64,000 bases of DNA from an uncultured Verrucomicrobiae bacterium (GTDB lineage Bacteria > Verrucomicrobiota > Verrucomicrobiia > Chthoniobacterales > JAFAMB01): assembly GCA_963762565.1 (NCBI GenBank), contig CAVXLD010000003.1, positions 128,001 to 192,000 on the forward strand, written 5' to 3'. Each line of letters opens with the position of its first letter. Positions within the stretch are counted from its first letter, which is position 1. Under the pieces are notes generated by a model, which worked only from the letters and a program-made list of their open reading frames with translations, had not been told where the DNA came from and searched no databases. The position numbers and the translations under genes were made by a program. Below are positions 39,744-48,719 of this stretch, in pieces.

Positions 39744-40535
39744 ATGACAGCGTTTCCCAGAGAGCTTTGGGCCATGTTCGTGGATTGCCCTGCGGATGAG
39801 CTGGCGCCTTGCTATTTCTACGAATATTCGCGTGAGAGCAAAAGCCTGCGCGAGATGTGCGCTAACGACCGCCCAGGTATTCCTGCGGGCGTTAGCAACG
39901 GGTTCGACTACTATCTATCAACGCCGTGGTCAACCGCTCACGAAGAGTTGATGACTGACCCGGCAAGAACCTTCATGCTTTGGCCAGAATGGCCCGATAA
40001 ACCGTATCTGCAAATTCCAGCAGAAGAACGAAGGAGACGGTTACGCTGGTCAGCTAAGGACGACCCTAAGATCGCTCACTTGAAAAAGCTGTCTTTCTTC
40101 GCGATGACGCAACTTAGTCCGGAAGGTCTACGTCCGGTGAGCCGAGCCGGAGCGACCGGTCCGTCGGGGGAAGGTTGGTCAGAAGCGCTGGCGGTTTCGC
40201 GGGAAAAATTGGGGTGGCCCGTGCATCAGGTCAACGCATCGATGTGGGAAACCGTGTTCCGGATCGATTGGAAAGCCTTTTCCGACGCTCAACTTGTCGA
40301 TATGTTCAAAGCGTGGCTGGACAAATATCGCCCCACGCCGTCCAACGTTCTAACCGAGAACCCATCGGTTACGAACCGTTTTGAAACTCACTTAAAACAG
40401 CTCGGGGCGCTCCGAATCTCGAGAAAGTTTAAAGAAGAGGAGATTCCACCGGAGCTTGTTGTTTATCAAGACAAGAGCGAAGGGGCCAGAGCAAAGCTGG
40501 TGGCTCAGGGCGTGATTGAGTGGTTCTCGGTTTAG
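39744..40535 (+). CDS. Hypothetical protein (possible mobile-element-type regulator)
   Basis: 263-aa ORF after an AT-rich leader; YEYSRES ... IDW..SD.QL...F..WL...RP ... LGALRI. Confidence 0.7.
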   Translation: MTAFPRELWAMFVDCPADELAPCYFYEYSRESKSLREMCANDRPGIPAGVSNGFDYYLSTPWSTAHEELMTDPARTFMLWPEWPDKPYLQIPAEERRRRLRWSAKDDPKIAHLKKLSFFAMTQLSPEGLRPVSRAGATGPSGEGWSEALAVSREKLGWPVHQVNASMWETVFRIDWKAFSDAQLVDMFKAWLDKYRPTPSNVLTENPSVTNRFETHLKQLGALRISRKFKEEEIPPELVVYQDKSEGARAKLVAQGVIEWFSV

Positions 40536-40555
40536 CCTGCCTGCCTCGCGAATTG

Positions 40556-42538
40556 TTATGATTCGCTAGGCAGGCAGGCTATTGCGACTCCTGCGACGGG
40601 CAGCTCGGGACCGCCGAGAACGAACTTGGTTTCTTTTGGTAGCGGCAGCGAAACCTTGGTCGAGCCGTAGTTGAAAAAGTAACGGAGGTTTCTGTTTACT
40701 CGGGTTCGGAGCCCTTCGGGTAGCGGCATCGTTGGTAAATTGGTTCGAGACACGATGTCTTCCACTATCGCATCCAACAACGATTGTTCGGGCACGCTTG
40801 CCAGATAAGTGAACGATTCGTGAGTGAAAGCGATCCCGTCTCCGTTCGCCGACGTAATCCAAGGTGTTGCTCGGGTCTCAATTCGTTCCAGCCAGAATCG
40901 GCATTGATAACTTACCCCCTTCCAGGACAGAGGAACGGTCTCGAAGTCCGGCAACGATTCCACACGTACTACCCGCATAGGAAGGATGTCTTGGAGCGGT
41001 CCTGGGGGAAGGTTCGGAGGAATTTGGAAATCTGGTGTTTTTGAGCCCGTGCGGGGGCCAAACAGTGCGGCGCCAGGGAACCTTTTGAGAGACGCAATGA
41101 GCTCGGGCCGCATGATTGGTAAGCTTGGTACTAGAACTAATTTATACCCATCGAGGTCGGCGCTTTGCGGTAGAATATCGACATTGAGGCCAAGCCGGCG
41201 CGCTGATCGGTAGAACGACAGCGCCAACGTGAAATAGTCGAAAGCTTCGCGTTGAGGTTGGATGCTCAATGTCCAATCAGCCTCGTAATCAAAGATCAAC
41301 GCGACTGGGGCAGTCTCGCTTTGCCGGTCATGCCTAAGCGCAGCGTCGGCTAATTCTTTCGCGGTCTGGCGAATCTCCTCCGCCGCAATATCCGGGCTGC
41401 CATCGGGCCGATTAATTCCCGAATGCATCTGTTCCTGGGCGAAAGGCGCTTGACGCCAACGAAAGTAGCTGACGACCTCGGCTCCGTGCGCAAATGCCTC
41501 GTGCGTCCAGAGCCGCACCATTCCCGAATGGGGAGATGGATTGTAAGAAGCCCAGTTGACTGGCCCTGGCTGTTGTTCCATCACCCACCAACGGCCCCGG
41601 CCGCAGGTCCGATAGAGATCATGGTGAAAGGCTGGAAAATCGGGGTCCCCGGATCGCAGGAATTTACGCTTATGCGCTTCCGGCACGTCGAGCAGAGTCA
41701 GAGCTCCGAGGGGATACGAATCCCAACTGGCGGCGTCCAAATCGCGAGCAAGGTCGAAATGGTCGAATGCCAGAAAATCACCCATAAAATTATGAAGGAT
41801 CGTGCGCCCCGGAGATAAAGGGCGGATGATCGCCACCTGCTCCCGGTTGAAGGTTTTCACCTGATCCGAACTGAACCGCCGAAAATCCAAAACGTGCGCC
41901 GGGTTAGGTTCGGTCACGGTCAGGTTGGGCAACTCGATCTCGTCGAAACTCTGGTACTCCATGCTCCAGAACACATTGCCCCAGGCCTGGTTGAGACTGG
42001 CAATCGTTTGATACTTATCCTGTAACCATTTTCTAAAGCCGATCCGCGCCGCGGCCGAATAACTGAGGGTCGTGTCATGACAACCATATTCATTGTCCGT
42101 TTGCCAGGCGGCGATGGCGCTATGTTCGCCGAATGTCTCGGCGAGCTTGGTTACGATCCTGGCCGCTTCGCTTCGGAAACCTCCATGCGAAAAGCAATAA
42201 TGACGACGAGAACCGAAGATTTTCGGTCTTCCCTGTTGGTCGACGGCCAACATGTCCGGCATCTGGTCGACTAACCATTTTGGTGGGGTCGCGGTGGGAG
42301 TGCCGAGCACCACGGATAAGCCCCGGGCGGCCGCCAGATCCAGCACCTCTTGCAGCCAGCCGAACTGGTATTTCCCGGGCGCCGGTTCCAGGCGGCTCCA
42401 AGCAAATTCTCCGACCCGGACATAACGAATACCCAGATCCCGCATCGCGCTAAGATCGTCCGGCCATTTGGAGCGGTCCCATTGTTCCGGATAGTAACAG
42501 ACCCCGAGGGAATAAGGCGTAATGGGAATCGTTGGCAT
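40556..42538 (-). CDS. GH42 beta-galactosidase
   Basis: YYPEQW, GEFAWS, TDNEY acid/base, VMEQQPG nucleophile, QEQMH. Confidence 0.95.
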   Translation of the reverse strand: MPTIPITPYSLGVCYYPEQWDRSKWPDDLSAMRDLGIRYVRVGEFAWSRLEPAPGKYQFGWLQEVLDLAAARGLSVVLGTPTATPPKWLVDQMPDMLAVDQQGRPKIFGSRRHYCFSHGGFRSEAARIVTKLAETFGEHSAIAAWQTDNEYGCHDTTLSYSAAARIGFRKWLQDKYQTIASLNQAWGNVFWSMEYQSFDEIELPNLTVTEPNPAHVLDFRRFSSDQVKTFNREQVAIIRPLSPGRTILHNFMGDFLAFDHFDLARDLDAASWDSYPLGALTLLDVPEAHKRKFLRSGDPDFPAFHHDLYRTCGRGRWWVMEQQPGPVNWASYNPSPHSGMVRLWTHEAFAHGAEVVSYFRWRQAPFAQEQMHSGINRPDGSPDIAAEEIRQTAKELADAALRHDRQSETAPVALIFDYEADWTLSIQPQREAFDYFTLALSFYRSARRLGLNVDILPQSADLDGYKLVLVPSLPIMRPELIASLKRFPGAALFGPRTGSKTPDFQIPPNLPPGPLQDILPMRVVRVESLPDFETVPLSWKGVSYQCRFWLERIETRATPWITSANGDGIAFTHESFTYLASVPEQSLLDAIVEDIVSRTNLPTMPLPEGLRTRVNRNLRYFFNYGSTKVSLPLPKETKFVLGGPELPVAGVAIACLPSES

Positions 42539-42594
42539 GGGCTGTCACGGTATCGCGATCATGCCCGATGACAAATGCAGAGGGTAGCGATTTT

Positions 42595-42703
42595 GGGAGG
42601 CGCGTGTCCCCGCGCGCCTTAGACGTGTTGATGCGGAACCAATCCTCAGCTTTTGAATATGCCTGGCTCCGCAAACGACGGACCGCGGGACGCGATCCCT
42701 CCC
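42595..42703 (+). repeat. Family A element
   Basis: GGGAGGCGCGTGTCCCCGCGCGC ... CGCGGGACGCGATCCCTCCC. Confidence 0.8.
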
Positions 42704-42741
42704 TACTCTAGGAACGCGCCCTAGCGTTTCTTGACGAGGTG

Positions 42742-42780
42742 AAAGCAAAGCCGGGCGCAAGCTTGCGCTTGCGCCCGGCT
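42742..42780 (-). terminator. Rho-independent terminator after the GH3 gene
   Basis: Minus strand: GCCGGGCGCAAGC-GCAA-GCTTGCGCCCGGC-TTTGCTTT. Confidence 0.75.
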
Positions 42781-42802
42781 GCATTTTTCACCCACCGCCA
42801 CT

Positions 42803-45424
42803 CTACGGATTCGAAGTGAATTCTTTGGTTACGCTAATCGTGCCTGTTAGAGGCAGATCACTGACCTGAGAGGAAGATCCAACCCAGACAGTGTAAGTGT
42901 CTTTGGGAGCGTCCCACATCTCGGTATTGACGTTCCAATACTCGAAGGAACGCTGATCCAGTTGTAACGTTATATTCTGCGATGCCCCCGGCGCCAAGAC
43001 TTTCGTTTTCAGGAAGCCTTTTAGCTCTCTTGGTGGACGCTTAACCGGAGGGTTCTTCTCCCCAATGTATAACTGAGCCACTTCCGCACCGGCCACCTTG
43101 CCAGTATTGGTAACGGTGAAGGTTGCGGTAACAGATCCTGTTCCGTTATAGGTAGGTGTGACGCTCAGATTCGAAAACTCGAATGTCGTATAGGACAAGC
43201 CGAACCCGAACGGGAACAGCGGCTGGATTCCTTTCTTGTCATATCCGCGATAGCCGACGAAAACACCTTCACTATAGCTAATCGAGTCGGGATGCTGATT
43301 AACCGGATTAGGGAAGGTGCCATAGGCAGGATTGTCTTGGGCTCGTTTCTCCATCGTAATCGGCAATTTGCCGGAAGGATTGACGTCCCCGAACAGGATT
43401 TCAGCCAATGCCTGACCACCAAGCTGGCCCGGATAGAATGCTTCCACCAAGCCGTCAACCTGATTAATCCACTGCTCGGAATCGAAGTTGCCACCGCCGT
43501 GAAAGACAACCACGGTGCGCGGGTTGGCGGTAGAAACGTTCGTGATGAGTTCATCCTGGAATTCCGGGAGTGTAAACGACCGATCCTCTCCTTCACCTTC
43601 ATATTCATTGCTGATGCCGGCAGCGATAATGACGGCGTTATAACCAGCGATGGTCGAGGGGGGCTCTAACGACGCGTAGCTGACCTGCATACCGGTTAGG
43701 CCGCCTTGCTCGAAGGTGTCAAAAAATCCGCCAACACGACGGTAATCGATTTCAATATAGTAGGTTCCAGCGGTTAAGGTCGCTTTAGCGGAGTAGGCAG
43801 GAGTTGGACCATAACCGACTGGAGGGGTCGTAGGACTGTTAAAGTTATCAAAGATGGCGGTCCCGTTGGTGGCGGTGGTCCCGATAATAAACCGCAATCC
43901 GCCGTCTCCGCGCAGCTTGAACACATAATCACCAGACGTAGGGACGACAATTTGACCGACCCATTTGGCCGAGAAGCTACCTTGGTTGGTCGACACCGGA
44001 ATTGGATCGATGTCCCAATCAAAGTTAACTTCGTTATCTACTCGAGTAACTGCTGGCGATCCGGAAAGATCGTTGCTCGTGTAGTAAGAAGCCTGCAGGC
44101 CCTGGGTAATTTCACCGTTGTTGCTGTACTGCCAGATCGTATTGGCTGGATCAAGCGAGCAAACCGAGATGAAATCGACTTCTGTGTTTGCGCCAACTTC
44201 AGACTTGATGCCATCCAGTTCACTGACGTACTCGATCGGGGTGACATAGGAACTGCCGAATCCGGTTGGAGGAGCATACTCAGCCAGATTTCCGATAACG
44301 GCGATCTTCTTAACCGTGTTCTTGTTAAGCGGCAGAAGATTCCCGTTGTTCTGCAGCAGAATTAACCCTTCCCGTGCGACATTCAATGTTGCCTGTTCGC
44401 TAAACGGATCATCCAATGGGATAGAGGTTTTCAACTGTTGTCGGTTCAGAAACCCGTACGAGATCGCACCCGTCAAGATGTGTTGCACCTTAAGATCGAG
44501 ATCTGCGAATGTCAGCGGGCTCGGAATCCAGGGGGATAGCGTCTGCTGATTCATGAAGCTACCGGATGGTAGGTCGATGTCGCATCCAGCCAACGCGGCG
44601 GTTAGCCCGTCGTGGATGGCATCGTAGTCTGACATCAGAATCCCGGTGAAGCCCCATTCACTCCTGAGAATTGTGGTCAACAGGAAGGGGTTTTCACAGC
44701 AAAAAGCGTCGTACCCGGCGCTATCCACGGCGTTATACGCCCCCATGACGGTTGCTACGTGACCTACTTTAACCGCGGCTTCGAACGGTGGCAGATAGAT
44801 CTCTCGGAGCGTGCGCTCGTCTACGATTATATGCACGTTGGTCCGGTTCTCTTCTTCGTCGTTGCAAACGAAGTGTTTGGCGCAAGCCCAGACTCCTTGA
44901 GCCTGGATACCTTCAATCTCCGATGGATTGAGTTGGGCTCCCAGGAACGGGTCTTCACCCGTCATGTATTCGAAATTTCTACCGCCCATTGGTACCCGAT
45001 AGAAATCCATCCCCGGGCCAAGAATGCTGAAGTATCCCCGGGCGCGAGCGTCACGTCCCATGGAAACGCCTTGATCGTGAGCGCGGTCCGGATTCCAGGT
45101 AGCGGCCAAGGTTAGTCCGGAAGGGAACCGAATGCTAGGTTCGTTCCGGCGAACACCCAGCGGTCCGTCCGTTTGATAGAGCTGCGGATTGAGGGGAGAA
45201 AAGTCGTTGACTGGGATTGGTTTGAAGTCGAAAAAGCCCGTACCGCCGATGTAGCTGAGCGCATCGTCAACGGTGAACTCTTTCAAGATCTTATTTACTC
45301 GTGAACTAACTGTGCTTGGGCTTAGTTTTGAGCTGACTGTGCTTTGGCTCTGTTGAGCATGGGCACTCAGCAGACATAAAAATAGTCCGCTGACGGTAAG
45401 ACGAGACAGAAGAGACGTCTTCAT
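42803..45424 (-). CDS. Secreted GH3 beta-glucosidase with PA14 and FN3 domains
   Basis: Signal peptide, DGPLG, GGRNFE, KHF, LMSDY nucleophile, PA14 insert, EGEDR, PFGFGLSYT, ELKGF. Confidence 0.95.
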   Translation of the reverse strand: MKTSLLSRLTVSGLFLCLLSAHAQQSQSTVSSKLSPSTVSSRVNKILKEFTVDDALSYIGGTGFFDFKPIPVNDFSPLNPQLYQTDGPLGVRRNEPSIRFPSGLTLAATWNPDRAHDQGVSMGRDARARGYFSILGPGMDFYRVPMGGRNFEYMTGEDPFLGAQLNPSEIEGIQAQGVWACAKHFVCNDEEENRTNVHIIVDERTLREIYLPPFEAAVKVGHVATVMGAYNAVDSAGYDAFCCENPFLLTTILRSEWGFTGILMSDYDAIHDGLTAALAGCDIDLPSGSFMNQQTLSPWIPSPLTFADLDLKVQHILTGAISYGFLNRQQLKTSIPLDDPFSEQATLNVAREGLILLQNNGNLLPLNKNTVKKIAVIGNLAEYAPPTGFGSSYVTPIEYVSELDGIKSEVGANTEVDFISVCSLDPANTIWQYSNNGEITQGLQASYYTSNDLSGSPAVTRVDNEVNFDWDIDPIPVSTNQGSFSAKWVGQIVVPTSGDYVFKLRGDGGLRFIIGTTATNGTAIFDNFNSPTTPPVGYGPTPAYSAKATLTAGTYYIEIDYRRVGGFFDTFEQGGLTGMQVSYASLEPPSTIAGYNAVIIAAGISNEYEGEGEDRSFTLPEFQDELITNVSTANPRTVVVFHGGGNFDSEQWINQVDGLVEAFYPGQLGGQALAEILFGDVNPSGKLPITMEKRAQDNPAYGTFPNPVNQHPDSISYSEGVFVGYRGYDKKGIQPLFPFGFGLSYTTFEFSNLSVTPTYNGTGSVTATFTVTNTGKVAGAEVAQLYIGEKNPPVKRPPRELKGFLKTKVLAPGASQNITLQLDQRSFEYWNVNTEMWDAPKDTYTVWVGSSSQVSDLPLTGTISVTKEFTSNP

Positions 45425-45819
45425 AGGAGGGTACTTCGTAGGGTCGGGAACAGGCTGCGCTGTCCTTATGTGAGAACTGCTGTTAGCGCCGGCTGAAACC
45501 GAGATCCTGATCCAAGTTTAATACTGCCGATGCACCGATTACTGATACGGCCCGCGAGGAGGAGGTGGGGCCGGAGTGATGTGAAACCCACGAAAAATCC
45601 GTTTCCGGGTGTTCCATAAGGATTAATGAGGTTAGTGATTGATCCGGTGGGTCGTCGATCAACCTGCCTGGCGCCCGGTGATCCGAAAGATTCGGTTCGC
45701 CGCTCGCCCTGCTCTAGTCCGACCGACGACGCACCATGATCGGGGGAGGTTCAATTTCTTCTCAGAAGAAATGGGGTTTGGCAAGGAATAATTCTTTCAA
45801 ATTGAAGTATTTTTGCGAG

Positions 45820-46212
45820 TTGGTAGGGCGAGGCTCCCGAGGCTGGCACGTTGGCTTGATGCGTTTGTTCCCAACGCCTGGAGGGGAGCCGCTTTGGCTC
45901 GTGTCTGGTTCACCCCGTGATGTTCGTTCCAATGTTTGTCCAACCGGAGGTTGTGAGAACAGGCGGCTCCCGGGAACGACCCAGCGGTTTGCTACTGTAG
46001 TCGGCCGGGGTCCATAACGAATCGGAACCTATTGGCCAAACATCACGCTGGGTAATTCCCGGGAGCCGCCTGTTGCCTAATTCTTTGGCCAAATCGCGCG
46101 CTGAAACAAATACCGCGAGGTCTTTAGTGATGCGCCAAAGCGGCTCCCCTCCAGGCGTTGGGAAAAAACACGCTCTGTAAACGTGCCAGCCTCAGGAGCC
46201 TCGCCCTACCAA
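45820..46212. repeat. About 390-bp three-layer foldback (B outside, F, inner CCCGGGAGCCGCC pair)
   Basis: ttggtagggcgaggctcccgaggctggcacgtt ... aacgtgccagcctcaggagcctcgccctaccaa. Confidence 0.9.
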
Positions 46213-47460
46213 TCTATCCCCAGAATCCCAGAGCTCCAGCAGGCTAGGATGTTGGCCTGCGGTGATCCGCTCGTAGTTAGGAGCGATCAGGTCGTCTATG
46301 GGCAGGACAGCTGCTCCCAGGGCGGCTGCTTCGTCCTGAAGCATCCCTTGGAGAATTCGGATATGACCACGGTCGACTCGTCCGTTTTTCTGACCAATCC
46401 TGGCGCAACGTTCCACCAGATAAGACAGGAGAGGGCCGGGTAAGTGACCGCCGATCACAATGGCCTCCGGGTCGAAGAGGAGCAGGAGATCACCGATGAT
46501 CAGCGTCAGATACGACGCGGCGGTCTTTAACCAATCTAAAACGACCTCGTTTCCTTGTTCGAAAAGATCGACAATTTTGGTTAGGCTACGCGTGTCGATC
46601 CCGGCCTCGTGCAAGCGTTGGGTTAGCGAAGTTAGAGAAAGGTAGGCCTCGAGGCAGCCGCGCTTACCACACCCGCACGACCTCGCGTTCCGTCTCTTAT
46701 CGACTACGAGATGTCCCAGTTCCCCGGAGCCGCCTCTAAAACCACGATAAGGACGCCCATTGACGATGATGCCGCCACCCACGCCGACTCCGACATAGAT
46801 ATAAACAAAACTATCCAAAGACTTGCCGGCCCCATACCAGCTTTCTCCGATCGCAGCGGCAGTAGCATCGTTATCTACTACCACGGGCAACTTAGTGCTC
46901 CGGCTGAAGTAATCCTGCACCTTCACCTGTTCCCATCCGGGAAAGTTTGGCGAGAAAACAACTTTGCCGTGCTGAAAATCCATTGGGCCAGGGAGGGCGA
47001 TTCCGAGCCCTAAGATTCGTTTGCGATGGTTTTTCTGGCGAAGTTCGCGAATGGAGCTCAACGCCTGTTTCAAGGCGTCTGCCGGGGTGGTAAGATGCTC
47101 GGCTCGATAGGTGCGAGATCGGATCACGCCTTTGAAGTCAACCAGTACACTGGCAATATGATCGCGTTCCAGATGCAGTCCTACCGAGAACGCTGCATCC
47201 GCGTTTATATCGAATAGTTTTGCCGGCTGGCCGCGCTCGGCAACTTTTCGGCCAAAATCTCGGATTAGCCCGGTTTGACTAAGACCGTCAACAATATTGA
47301 AGACGGTCTGGTTAGTCAGACCGGTCAAGCGCGCAACATCGACTCTAGAGACGGGCCCGTGCAGCCGCACAATCTCCAAGATCACTCGTTGATTGAGTAA
47401 ATGGGCGTGCTCTAAATTCGCTCCGTTTCTGGATCTGGTTCGCCCCGACTGGCCTTTCAT
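46192..47460 (-). CDS. ROK family transcriptional regulator
   Basis: HTH SRVDVARLTGLTNQTV; PGP, DNDATAAAIGE, GELGH, CGCGKRGCLE. Confidence 0.93.
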   Translation of the reverse strand: MKGQSGRTRSRNGANLEHAHLLNQRVILEIVRLHGPVSRVDVARLTGLTNQTVFNIVDGLSQTGLIRDFGRKVAERGQPAKLFDINADAAFSVGLHLERDHIASVLVDFKGVIRSRTYRAEHLTTPADALKQALSSIRELRQKNHRKRILGLGIALPGPMDFQHGKVVFSPNFPGWEQVKVQDYFSRSTKLPVVVDNDATAAAIGESWYGAGKSLDSFVYIYVGVGVGGGIIVNGRPYRGFRGGSGELGHLVVDKRRNARSCGCGKRGCLEAYLSLTSLTQRLHEAGIDTRSLTKIVDLFEQGNEVVLDWLKTAASYLTLIIGDLLLLFDPEAIVIGGHLPGPLLSYLVERCARIGQKNGRVDRGHIRILQGMLQDEAAALGAAVLPIDDLIAPNYERITAGQHPSLLELWDSGDRLVGRGS

Positions 47461-47503
47461 TAGCTTCTTTCGATGACAATGCAGTAAACCACATTAGGGG
47501 GGA

Positions 47504-47625
47504 GGTGAAAGGTGAAAAGTGAGAGGTGAGAGGTGAGAGGCGCGAGCCGTGGAGCGTGCCTCGCTTGCGAGGCCGTGGTAAGCAACGCGAGATTCCGGGA
47601 CGAACCCAATGCTATCAGCGCTCTA
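47504..47625. repeat. GTGARAR heptamers plus family D terminus
   Basis: gtgaaag gtgaaaa gtgagag gtgagag; gtggagcgtgcctcgcttgcgaggccgtggt; internal ctatcagcgct. Confidence 0.7.
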
Positions 47626-47792
47626 TATCCGGATATGACCTGGGGGTCTATATGTGATGCGACCGGGACGCTTAGAGTGACATTCAAGAGCGCTGAACAA
47701 TGATAGGCTAGTCACATCGTCATCCTTGCGCTCCACGACCGGCGTGAAAAACGTGTGGCGGCGATGCAGCCCGGTTGTATACCAGGATTAGG

Positions 47793-48494
47793 ATGCAAGA
47801 TTCTCCGGATTGGCAATATGACGAGTTCCACGGCTTCGCCTTGGATTTCCACGATCCTGTTCAGGTCAAACTCTACGATGGACAACAAGGGACAGATCTC
47901 GACGCAGAAAGCCAGATTGTCCGTTTCCTAGGAATTTCCGAGAAAGATACTTTGATTGAATATGGTGCGGGGACGGGCGCTTTCGTTGAAGCTGCTGCCA
48001 GAGTTTGCCGGCATGTACACGCGGTGGATGTGTCTCGAGCAATGATCGAGTATGCGAGCGAGCGGTTAGGCAAAATCGGGGTAGCCAACGTCACATTTCA
48101 TCATGCAGGATTTCTTACCTACGAGCACCGAGATGCGCCGGTGAGTTTCGTGGTTGCGAAATTTGCTCTGCATCATTTGCCGGATTTTTGGAAAATAGTT
48201 GCTCTGGGTCGAATCAACCGATTCCTCCAATTGGGAGGTGGTTTTTATTTGGAGGATGTGGTGTTTTCGTTTCAGCCGGAATCCTACAATACAGCGATCC
48301 AGCAATGGATTGACCGAGCATCCGAATCAGGAATCAGTTTTTCAAAAAAAGACTTCGAAGGGCACGTGCGCGATGAGTACAGCACTTACTCCTGGATGAT
48401 GGAGGCAATGATTCAGCGCGCAGGATTTGCCATTCGGAATTCAGAATTTCTTTCTCCGACAATCGCTACCTACTTGTGCGAGAAGGTTGAGTAG
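47793..48494 (+). CDS. Class I SAM-dependent methyltransferase
   Basis: IEYGAGTG, AVDVSRAM, ALHHLPDFWK. Confidence 0.9.
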   Translation: MQDSPDWQYDEFHGFALDFHDPVQVKLYDGQQGTDLDAESQIVRFLGISEKDTLIEYGAGTGAFVEAAARVCRHVHAVDVSRAMIEYASERLGKIGVANVTFHHAGFLTYEHRDAPVSFVVAKFALHHLPDFWKIVALGRINRFLQLGGGFYLEDVVFSFQPESYNTAIQQWIDRASESGISFSKKDFEGHVRDEYSTYSWMMEAMIQRAGFAIRNSEFLSPTIATYLCEKVE

Positions 48495-48504
48495 CTTGAG
48501 TAGC

Positions 48505-48715
48505 TGGTAGGGCGAGGCTCCCGAAAGACCTAAGGGGCTTCGCAGCGCGATTGGCAGTCCGACACCCATTCAGATGAAACGCCTATCATCGCGCCGAGCC
48601 GTGGTGCGCGCTCGACCAACGGCTCGGCAGCTTATCGGCCTAGGTCGCTAAACGGTCTCGGTGGGTCGGCTTCGTTGATATCCGTCTTAGGTCTTTCGGG
48701 AGCCTCGCCCTACCA
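48505..48715. repeat. Family B (GTAG) REP doublet with internal hairpin
   Basis: tggtagggcgaggctcccgaaagacctaag ... cttaggtctttcgggagcctcgccctacca. Confidence 0.9.
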
Positions 48716-48719
48716 AAGA

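Noticed and set aside
45790..45812. Possible ROK operator (TTCAA-A-TTGAA) upstream of the GH3 gene
   Set aside because: Short core with poor flanking symmetry and no second copy found
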